DNA of 61,447 nucleotides from Perkinsus olseni (Eukaryota): NCBI GenBank assembly GCA_013115125.1, contig JABANN010000149.1, positions 1 to 61,447 of the forward strand, read 5' to 3'. Shown piece by piece: positions 51,450 to 61,447 of this stretch (position 1 is its first letter; each line of letters starts with the position of its first letter). The notes under the pieces were generated by a model. It saw only the letters and a program-made list of their open reading frames with translations, ran no database searches and was not told where the DNA came from. The position numbers and the translations under genes were made by a program.

Positions 51450-51626
51450 AGTCTCTTGGGACGGGAGTTCGTTCACATTTTGATTTCGGTGGGAATGCTC
51501 CCGCATGTTCGCGCATGAGCGTGTAAGTGAACTTGAATCACAAGTGCTCAGTATCTTGACATGTGACATGAGCAGGCAACATGATAATTGTGATGCTCTG
51601 TGAATGACAGTCAACATAAAGGACCC

Positions 51627-54600
51627 CTAGGATTGCTTCTGTTGTTGCAATAGCTTGTCGCTGAGAATTGATATCTTCTTCTCCACCGACGCCCAGTCAG
51701 GCGGGGGCATATCAGCGAGGAGGCCCGTGGTCTCCAAGTCGACTTGCTGCTCGAGGCAGTCGTTGCACTCATCTAGTAACGCACTAACCTACCAACAAGG
51801 ATGAAGTTGAAGCGATGATCACTTCATACGAAATCATGCGGCTTACGTCTCTTGCGCTCTCCTTTGGATTATTTCCGTAGTTGAAAAGCAGCTTCCACGC
51901 TGGAATGTTGAGCAGAGTGAGGGAAACGGTCACCAACAGGCTGACCAGTATCTGAAACAACATTGGCACAATCAGTAAGAACAGGGGTGAAGTGAGGGAC
52001 TCACGTCCATGGTGTAGTGAGCGCGAGAAATCACCACTACAGCGACAGAAGGGACGACAGCAACCAGCAAAACACAGGTGGCAAGGGTTTTCCTTCGGAC
52101 TGGACCGTACACTACGAACGCGATGGCTAGCAAGCACGGTAGTGAAATGAATGCTGCGTGGCCTGAGTACCTGCACGATGGATGATGAGTCAATGAGGTA
52201 GAAGAGAGAACGGCTACATCATATCGTTGCAGTAGACCGCCGTGATTATGTCACCAAAAAGAGCGCCTTCCGGCTTCTTGTAGCACATCGGTATTTGGGT
52301 GATACTTGTCGGCACTGGCAACACCGTCCATGGCTGAGGAGATGCAGGCCTCTAGAAATGAATGATCTCTTGATGTGGGTACTTACCACTATGAGGGCTC
52401 GTAGGAAGTAGGCGAAGCCCAGCAGCTGCGCATACTTCGATAGGAATCTGGTCTTATCAGGCGTGACCAACCAGAGCAGAAAGCCTACTAGTGCCCAGAT
52501 GCCGGTGGCAAAGTCCGCCACCTGAAAGACGCTCCGTTGTAGGGATTCTTCCGTGAAGTAGGTTGTACCTCATAGGAAGCGTATGTGATTGCAAGGTGGT
52601 TGAGGACTATGTCGTCCAGGTCCGCACGGCCGAGGGGACGATCGACGCTCCAGAAACGTTCGTTCAGAGGAAACCCTCGAACTCGAGTCCAGTACCTACA
52701 CGATGTCAACAACGTCGAAGATGCTCAACGGTATCGTCACAGGTGCGAAGGAGATGACGAACAGCCTGACTGTGCAACAGCGGCCCCCGGTACGTCACGC
52801 CAACGATGCCTGTCATACCCAGCAATCCATGTAGATGCCAGAGAGAAGGCCAAGAACATTAGGCTAATGACTATATGCCAGATCTTGGCGTGGAATGGTA
52901 GGCGGTCGAGCTGGGCGTCAGTGAGCTTCGCTCGATCTTTGTGGTAAGCTCCGCGAGTCCCGACCCTAAGAGAGCGGCCTTGCCGATCAATACAACGAGC
53001 TAAAGGGAAGCTTACCAGATGACCATTATGGAGGCAAAAAGGTCGATATAGACCACCATGGTGGACAGGAGGATGCTGACGCCCGCACCGCCCGACTTGT
53101 GGACGTACTCCGCGAAAACGAGCATAGCGTTAAGATTAGACGGATTGCTACTGAAAAGGGCCGCAAGCAGGTATGACCCTGTCAGGAGGGCTGAGGGTTT
53201 CCTTACTTCCCAGGATTGAAGGCTGCACGTATCGGGTCGCCTGGCGAGGTACGACAGGCTATTGCGTAGGCAGCAATATGAGAGGTCAAGTCATGGCGGA
53301 AGGATGTCGCCAGGGCGGTCGAGAGGAAGAGCAGCACTCCGCCGAGCATGATCAGCCTGAAGTACGACTGGAGCTCGAGGAGAAGTCCAGGCCTACCAAT
53401 GGGGACCATAGTCCATGACGAAGGAGATAAAGTCTGTGTTCTTGCTCCTGTGTAGAAGTAGCGATCGAGGCGGACGGCGCATGGCGATCTGAAAGGGATC
53501 GTTAAGGATGTAGTGTTCGAGCCAACTCTCAATGACCATGATGCGACCGCGAAGCGGTACATCTGAAGCTGCTAGGAAACAGGATAATGAGTGCTTCTAG
53601 CGGGCCTTGGAGACGTGGCCATCTGGAGGTACCTTACCAGCATTGTGAACGCCACAGCATGGCAGGTCAGGGCGGATATTTCCAGCACTCGGTTGAGGAA
53701 GGACACTGCGGAAAACTGATAATGAGATAGCTGATTCCCGTCACACCGAGGGTCGCACATGAAACGAAGAAGACTCACATCTCTGAGGGTTTCCACCCCG
53801 AGCCCGCTGTTAGTCTGGATCTGGGCTAGTCCCAGCTCCGATAGGCTCAATGCGATGCCGCTGACTGAGTCGCTCTTACGCTCTGTGGCACACCGCTGGC
53901 CATCAATCTCGCACTGGGCGAGGGTCGAGTACCTCACAGAAGGAGTGTTTATTAAACACTGTTTAATGATGGGCAGAGGTAACCCTGCCACCAACGACCG
54001 CCGTTATATAGTGGGCTCGAGTCGAGTCACTCGACCATCGAGGGTTGAACAGCTGATTACCACGTACCTCGCAATCATCGGCCGCCCTTCTTTCCCTTTC
54101 AAAGGGCATATGTCCCCATCTTCGGGTGAATTATACCGCAGAGTCTGATAGCCGCCATGCGAGGCCTGTCAACGCGGAGCATCTCATCTCTTAGACAGCA
54201 GCCCCTAGGCCCTTCGAGCCCTCACAGGTATATCAATCGTCAACGGCCTGGATTGGCCAGACAGTCCTTTGAACGTCATGGATCCACCCTCAATGCTGTG
54301 TATGTCGTCTACGACTACTGAGGTCGTTAGAAGCGCCAAAGATACGAAAATCGCGATGATGTACCTGAGGGGACCTCAGAGTGGGCCAGAATTGTTTGGA
54401 ACGCGAGTCCGTGAACCGAATTTCTATCGGCTCATGAAGAGCTCCCATTGTTAGATCGATGAATCACTCTGAGCAGTGGCCACCAGATGCTCACCCCAGG
54501 CCGTAAATAACAGCCCATTTGTATGTCAGACCCAAGTGGCCACTGTCGTCGGTCTCGGAGTCACGGGTGATGATGAATGTTCGGGGTTTACTCCTTATAT

Positions 54601-54740
54601 CGGGGCCCAAACATGGCAAACCTACAACGCTCAAGAATGGCAGATTGAAGCGAGCAAAGCGGCGATTGAGCTCTCTCACAAAGTTTGTCCGTGATACTGT
54701 CAGCCCAGCGGCCAAAGGCTTCCCATTTAGAAGAAGACAT
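51627..54740 (-). CDS. Sphingomyelin/IPC synthase-like (PAP2-superfamily) multi-pass protein with a long N-terminal extension, paralog 1
   Basis: It has CNDM|MYSGH and RAHYTMDV, the catalytic H-H-D motifs, plus YFLRALIV. It starts MSSSKWEA and ends PDWASVEKKISILSDK...*. Confidence 0.85.
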
Positions 54741-54906
54741 GGTAGTCGAGCAGAAGCTCTTCGATAAGAGGCCTACAAGGAGTCGTTACATCACCTCAGC
54801 CTTGCGCTCCTCGTGTGACCAGCCCAGGTCTGTTACAGAACCCAACGCCACAATCCATGTAGGCACAAGTACTATGTACACGAGCAGCTACATGTGAAGC
54901 CCAAGG

Positions 54907-57900
54907 TCAGGGACCCAGCCTCAGTTTAACTTTGTCACTGAGGTCCGATATTCTCTTCTCGATCGAAACCCAATCGGGTTTATCTTCGTCGTCATCGTCC
55001 AAGAAAGCCGTGGTGCTGTTGGAGTCGTCATCAGAAAGGTAGTCGTGCGCTTCCGCAAGCAGATCAGAAACCTGAGAACGATCACGATCGAGATCGAATG
55101 CACTCCAATACGACTCCCCAATTGTCGCTGGCTATTCCAGTTCTGGGAGTTCGCGCCGCCGTACCTTCCCGAACCGGTTGGGTGCGCCCCTTCCGTAGTC
55201 GAAGAGCAGCTCCCAAGCGGGAATATTGAGCAGGACAAAACACGAGCTGACCACCACACTCACAAGAATCTACAAGGGAAGAAATGGCCAAGTCCATGAC
55301 CTAAGTCGACTAGCGTTTCTTTAGGCTACATCAATAGAATAGTGTCCGCGGGCTATGACGATCAAGAACACGCAGGGAATAGCAACCGCTGCGAGCATCA
55401 GCCATGCCAAGAGCTTGCGTTTGATGGGCCCGTATTGGACAAAGGCGAGTGCGATGAAGATCGGGATACAGATGAAGGCTGCGTGCCCCGAGTACCTACC
55501 AGGATGCACAGCTTCACCGAAGGTGATGGCAGGGAATGAGGAGCTCTCAACGAGACCTCACATCATATCGTTGCAGAATATGATCGTAATGATATCGCCG
55601 AATATTCTATTCCCGGGCGTCTCGAAGCATTCGGGGAACTGCAAGACGCTGAAGGGGGCGGGGAGAACCGTCCATGGCTGAGGAGTAATCATCGATTACC
55701 GAACCGAACATGCTCGGCTCCTTACCATGATAATTGCCCTGAGGAGATATCCCAAACCCACGAGTTGTAGATACTTCGATAGAAAGCGAGTTTTGTCTGG
55801 GGTCACAAGCCAAACTAGAAAAGCTATCAGCAGAGCGATAGCAGTAGCGAAGTCGGCGATCTGAACAGAAACGAGAGGCCGGCCATGAGAGCCTGATCAC
55901 TATCGATTGATCGCGCTAAGTCAGTGAAGAGATGTCACTGATGCTGCGGCTCCTGTGCTCCAGACTCACATCAAAGGACGCATAGGTGTAACCTAGGCGG
56001 TTCAGCAGGATATCATCAAGGTCGGCTCTCCCAGTTGGACGATCAATACTCCAAAATTGAACATTAAGGAAATATCCGCGACGGCGAACAGAATACCTGC
56101 ATCCAAAAAGGACAGAAATCTCACATGCAACAGCTGGAATGGTCTAGTTGGTTATGACGACTGCCTAACACGCAGTAGGTCCCGAGTTCGATTCTCGGTT
56201 CCAGTCTTTAACATAAACAAGTCAGCCTTCTTCTAGCCTCTTTCTTGAGGCCATAAGTATCTCGGTGAAGAAGGTCACGCGTGAGACTCAACTCACCCGG
56301 CAGCTGTTGTGCAGACCAACGAGAAGATGAAGAAAGCGAAGCTCAGCCATGCGTTCCAGATTTTGGAATAGAAGGGCAGCCGATCGAGCTGTGAGTCGGA
56401 AAGATGCGTCCGGTGGCTGCTATATGCTCCGCGGGTGCCAGCCCTGAGGAGTCAACCAGGTCGCACTCGGGGCCTTCCGAGAAAGAATCCGAAACACCGA
56501 CTCAAGGTTCAGCACAACTCAGCCCAGCTCAAGTCGCTGTTAGCAGAAGGTTTCTAAAGAAAAGCTTCCGATGCAGAGCACGAAGAACGTAGAACTACTC
56601 CAACGGCATGTGAAAGACGTGAAAACATGACGGTATGTTCATTAGTCTTACCAAATAACGAGCAATGCTGCGAGCACGTCGATTAGGATGACGACATAGA
56701 GGAGTTGCATGCTCAATCCGCTGGTGCTTGAATGATGTACGTACTTGGCAAACACAACCATCGCATCGAGCTTCGCCGGTTTGTTCCTAGAACAACGGGC
56801 ATTCCAACCGGAAGCGAAGTTGTGACCACCCCACCCCTGGGGAAGGAACGCCTTAGTGAGGGGGTCGCCAGGAGAACTGTGACAATGGATAGCGTAAGCG
56901 GCGATGTGAGAGGTGAGGGAGTGACGGAAGGACGCTCGCAGACCATTGGAGACCAGCAGCACCACTCCGGCGAAGAGAACTAACCTGAGAAAGCAGGAAT
57001 TCCGCCGACCACCAACAAGGAGAGTTTTGGGCAACGAAGAGGTGCTAGAATAACGCAAAGCAGTGCAGCCCCTATGATCGCACGCTTAGAGCCTAACCTG
57101 TCGGGAATATAGAGAACTAACTCCCATTCTGTGGGAGTAAAAGACTCAATACTTTCAGCGACCATCAACGGGATATTTCAACACTCACGAGCACATCGAC
57201 GCGGCTTACCAATTGGGCGAGTAGTCAGTAAAGTAAGCCCAAACATTGCCTCCAGAGTTCTTATGTAAAAGCAGAGTTCTGGGGCTCCGACGTACGAGAA
57301 CCTGTCAGGCAGACTCAGTGATACGTAGAAATAACCTTGCCTCTGTTGCCTCACCAGAATCACAAAGGCCAGCCCATGAGCCACCAGGGCCATAATGTCG
57401 AGGACTCGACTTATATCCGAGACGAATGCTAGCTGAGAGAACAGACGCGTGACCACAGTGGGCAGTTCATCAGGACCACAAATTCACTACATTCGCAAAG
57501 GTTTCGCTGCCCAAGTCGCTGTTCGTCTCTGTCCCGGCTAAGCCCAATTCTGAGAGGCTGAGAGCCAGCCGACTCAACGAGTCGTGGTTCCTTTCTTCTC
57601 CACAGGATTTGGGGTTCGACTCGCATACAGCTAGCTCTCGGTACCTGAACGAAAACCCCAGGATACCTGTAAGCCGCGTACAATTTCAGAGACAGCGTGT
57701 CCGAGTGGTTAAGGAGGTGGACTCGAAATCCACTAGGCTCTGCCTGCGCAGGTTCGAATCCTGCCGCTGTCGGATGTTCTCTCCCATAATTTCTTAAACC
57801 CTCTCCTGGCAGTGATCGACTACGGCCCATCGACGAAAGTGAAATTCGGGGGAAAAGAGGAATCTTTCACCCCCGCACAACGAAAACGGCTTAGATCCCG

Positions 57901-58518
57901 AGCAGGCAGCCACAGCAGGGCGACCCCGTCTCACGGCATATGTGCGATCTGAGTCCTCGAAGTCAAAGTCGTGGCCGGTGTGTTGGAGCAGATGTGGTTA
58001 CTCACGGGGTCGAACCGGAAGGTGCTCCACCCACCCGTCGAGCTCTGACGCAGATCGATGTCAGAGTAACAGCACGAACGCTGATCTTACCGGTATGGTT
58101 ATGATCTTCTCGCCGACCTGGCCAGGGAGCCCTGTGAAGGTCATACTGTCCTTCTTGATGTGATGCATGTCGTCAACTACCACCGCCGCCAAAGTCAGAG
58201 AGAACGCTATGGCGACAGTACCCGTGTATCTACCGGCAGGAGTTTGGATGACGAGGCACCGGTGGAGGGCACTGCGAGGTCCTCCTGTATGATGTTCCCA
58301 CTTGAGCCAGTATATAACTTTCCACTTGTACGGCAGTCTGAGGTCATCCCTAGTCGCATCATCTCGCGGTACAATACATGTTCTATCATTATTCTTGCCC
58401 AAGAACGGGACGCCTGAGCCCAATCATTAACAGCGACCACTGACGCTGCTGTCTTACACAGCTTATCAGTGAAGTGGTCAACCCAGGATGTGAGGGCCTC
58501 CCACTTGGAGAAGGGCAT
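54907..58518 (-). CDS. Sphingomyelin/IPC synthase-like multi-pass protein, paralog 2
   Basis: It has CNDMM|YSGH and RGHYSIDV. It starts MPFSKWEA and ends PDWVSIEKRISDLSDK. The exons I compared are collinear with paralog 1. Confidence 0.85.
56133..56206 (+). tRNA. tRNA-Val(AAC), antisense within intron 56097-56296
   Basis: GCTGGAA/TTCCAGT acceptor stem, ACTGC-CTAACAC-GCAGT anticodon arm and CCGAG-TTCGATT-CTCGG T arm. Confidence 0.93.
57691..57772 (+). tRNA. tRNA-Ser(CGA), antisense within intron 57645-57934
   Basis: 82 nt: GACAGCG/CGCTGTC acceptor stem, GTGGA-CTCGAAA-TCCAC anticodon arm, long variable arm, GCAGG-TTCGAAT-CCTGC T arm and a G discriminator. Confidence 0.96.
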
Positions 58519-58620
58519 ACTGATGTTAGAGCAACAAAGGGGCCTGACGGGGCACCGTCGCTACCTCGCCGAATTGACCACGCAAACAGAAGAAAAGGAT
58601 AAGAAACTCTGCAGAATTCA

Positions 58621-59892
58621 TCAATCAGGCTCGTGCAGTCTTAAAATTTGTTCTTCTCGCATATCAAATTGTGTGACAGGGTCCTTGCCGGTGCCCCTGA
58701 CAGCCTTCACCAGACATACGTAACAGTAAACGTACCTGACCACCCCCATCCCCGTCCGCGGTCCACTTTCGTTGCCGTACCCGCTAACAGCTGAAACGGC
58801 AGGATTATTCCTCTTCTTCCGACATACAGGGCAAACACGCTTGTCCACCGGTAAACCGACTCCCCCACACTTGGCCGAGGCGGGCCGGGGCCTGGCTGGG
58901 GGCGGTACGTTGACTTGCGGGCGTCCCTCGAGTGCCTTCGACCGCAGCGACGATCGTACCGACATATACCTAATGTTATTATATCCCACAGCCTAGGAGG
59001 GTAAGCGCTCTCTCGTACCACTGCCCGAACTGGATAGCGTAGACGAGGCACCAGAGGAGGTGGCGAAGGCCCATCCCTTGAGGGGCCTCCTCGCCGGTCC
59101 GCCGAACCAATCGGACCCCAATCAAGTGCATGAAGGGTGACCAATAGGGACTTATACCTGCAAATAATTCTACAGTACCTACATCCCGAGTCTCCACTCT
59201 ACCGAGGAGGTATCCAATCCTGTAGGCTGCGTCCACGGCGACAAACCCTCGCCGCATTAGATCAACCCATTGCCTCTCAGACCCTCGACCCTGGCTCTTA
59301 TCCAGTAGTTTGGGTAGTAAGGACAGCAATAGCACCGAGAGCGCTCTGAACCACTCCAATACACAAATACCGTGATGCACATCTCAGCCTACTTCTGCTT
59401 CCCAGTCAGGACACGACCTTCCTCTCGAAGTCTATCCACTTTCAGTTCATCCATGGCGGATAGCCCTTCAAGCTTCCGAAGGTCCACCGACTCCCGACAC
59501 AGCCCGAAAAAGTGCTCGCTCATACCTGAACGGCCGGGCCCTACTCATGGCCCACGCAGTCACACCTGTCACTACTAGCTCGATGCTCCGTTATAGATGT
59601 GTACTCGAGAAGGGCCAGTAGGAAGGTCAGAGCCGATGGCCAATGCTTCAACCACCGCTGCAGATGAGGATGCCGATCCATCAACACCGCCATCACAAAC
59701 TTGACGGACGGCCATACACCTGAGTCGAGCATCACAGCACAACAGAACACTGAAGGTGCTACGGACCAGATTTGACAACGCGCTGGCCTTACCTGCAGAG
59801 AGGTCCGCAGCTCCCGCGAGCTCCATGTAGGATGGACGAGAGCTCTGGCCGCCCACAGTCGGGTAGAGGGAGGACAGTATCAGGTCTGTCAT
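58621..59892 (-). CDS. PEX12: Peroxisome biogenesis RING protein Pex12, multi-exon
   Basis: N-terminal RPSYMEL, SMSEHFFGL, YWSPFMHLIGVRL and AIQFGQWY, then PPPARP followed by the degenerate RING CPVCRKKRNNPAVSAVSG|YVYCYVC...DPVT. Confidence 0.9.
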
Positions 59893-59980
59893 TCAGGGCA
59901 CTGAGAGTGATCTTCGCTGCCAGCCCGCTTTACGAACGAAACATCTCTGTATAAGTAGAAAACGTTGAAATTGTCGTTCA

Positions 59981-60663
59981 TTACAGCGGTCCCCCAACAG
60001 CAGAGGATCGGCCCTCATCCTTCCCCTTCAGACTCCCTCTCGGAGCTCTAGTCGTGGAGGCCAGTGGATCCGAAGTGTTGTGCGATACTGGTGCGGATAT
60101 CCGAGGTACGGTTACATCAATCATACCCCGGGTCGTGCCGTATACTTTATAGCCTGCACAACAAGGACCCTCGCTTGAAGCTAGCCCCAGCACTCCTACC
60201 AGGATGGGGCTCCTCTGTCGTCTTCTCAAGGCCGTCTTCGGCAGGCTTATCAGTCTGCTGAGGGTCCTTCTCCATAATGAGGAAGCTCCCGGGCGGCTCA
60301 GCCATCATCGCATCGAACGTAGCCTCCTCGCCATTAGCTTCCAGTATCAGCTTACCATCCCCTGGCTTGTCTGAAGCAACGACCACTACCTCCTTACTTG
60401 TCAGTCTCAAAATCTTCAGCGCTCCTCACCCCGAGCGGGTCTGCATATAAGTTGGCAGAAGAAAGGCCAGAACGATAAAATAATTTGCCCCCGCCAGCCC
60501 GTACCGCACCCCGCCCAACTCCCGTACTACCCATGCCTTGCAGCGTCACTGTGTCCGGGTCTACTGCCTTACCGAAATGACTATGAGCGAGCTCTCGGAA
60601 ATGTACTACTACAAGCTGCTCTTCCACTACGGGGTCATCATCATCGTCCGAGTTGTTAGACAT
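59981..60663 (-). CDS. Small acidic protein, possibly a TFIIIC subunit (GTF3C6/TFIIIC35-like)
   Basis: An acidic N-terminus then EEQLVVVHF...TLQG|LSS...LILEANGEEATF...GSFLIMEK. This resembles the TFIIIC_sub6 pattern as I recall it; the match is by eye only. Confidence 0.45.
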
Positions 60664-60867
60664 GAGGACTGCGGAAGAAGAACCTTGCCGTATGACGTCA
60701 ATAGAAATGGCGACACTAGCGAGTCTCGGCACCTCCAGTTCGAGTGGTGACGCCGTTCACCACGACCGTTCTCAGTTCTGCGCGGAAATCTTAACAGGCG
60801 CCGGTTCGATCCCTGGTAGAAGCATTTTTCAGTTCATTTTTTCCAAGATCCTACTGATGTCCTACCA

Positions 60868-61447
60868 ATGACCTGTACCTCCCCTCCTGCGGCAGATGCC
60901 CTCCCAAAGGGGGTATTACATACTCCTACCAGCCCTCCTATATCTCCTACTAACTCGGAAGCCTCGTTCAAGACCGCAGTAGCTTCCTTAGATGGGGCCG
61001 CCTCCCCATCCAGTAGCAGCAGTTCTTCGTCGTCCTCCGAGTCATCATGGGCCGATACGCTTGTCAGGAGCATCTTCCAACCTCTGGATCAATTAATAAA
61101 GGCTGCGGTAATAAACGGGAAGGTGGTAGCTACTACTTTGTCGTACGATTTACGTTTGTGATGGTATTACTTGGAATTTACCAATTTCGGATGACCATGC
61201 TAGAGTCACTCGAGCTGGAGAAAATTCAGTCGAATCCACCGGGAAGAAAGGGTCATGTTCCGCTCGAATACTTCAAATTATCGTCAGCGTTTGGTAGTCC
61301 CTTTACATGTACCACAGGTGTCACACCTGTGCTTTAAACCTCGACCGATGTGAAGTGATCATCCGAGGGTTCATTTAAAGCATCGTTGCACACGATCGCA
61401 CATTCACCCGCCGTCGATGTCCCTGAAGCTGCTGTCCCATGCACAGC
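60868..61447 (+). CDS. 5' part of a Ser/Pro-rich hypothetical protein running off the window
   Basis: An ATG-initiated low-complexity exon followed by a donor-like gtaata near 61108. Confidence 0.45.

Noticed and set aside
57608-58020. B-box-like ggggttcgactc (57611) and ccggttcgacccc (about 58005, minus)
   Set aside because: Both fall in exons conserved with paralog 1 (CESNPK and FRFDP), so they are treated as chance matches.
58295-58312. tggctcaag on the minus strand, resembling the 3' end of the dinoflagellate/perkinsid spliced leader
   Set aside because: It lies in coding sequence (IYWLKW) and lacks the upstream CCGTAGCCAT. I found no SL RNA gene or SL relic in the window.

Overview
This is eukaryotic, gene-dense DNA with many short GT-AG introns, so the six-frame ORF track mostly shows exon fragments and shadow ORFs. 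Gene style suggests an alveolate protist, possibly Perkinsus-like; that is an inference. Protein-coding genes I could reconstruct by eye: the 3' end of a TTQAA mucin, a coiled-coil protein, an AGC kinase, a full-length CUL4-type cullin, a secreted two-domain glycosyltransferase, three tandem saccharopine dehydrogenase-like genes, an F-box/ankyrin protein, a METTL13-like methyltransferase plus a partial duplicate, three TIR-like multi-pass membrane genes (one intact, two disrupted), two sphingomyelin/IPC-synthase-like paralogs, PEX12 and a possible TFIIIC subunit. Non-coding features: four tRNA genes, a duplicated C/D and H/ACA-like snoRNA cluster, two MITE-like elements, several palindromes and one assembly gap. 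The main unexplained signal is tRNA 3'-half/B-box sequence recurring inside short spliceosomal introns and at gene boundaries. It forms a continuum with intact intronic tRNA genes and decaying tRNA copies. The second highlight is the TIR-like array, which has a transmembrane hairpin inserted into the TIR fold and keeps the catalytic Glu motif. All exon boundaries and family calls were made manually and need confirmation by HMM searches and RNA-seq.
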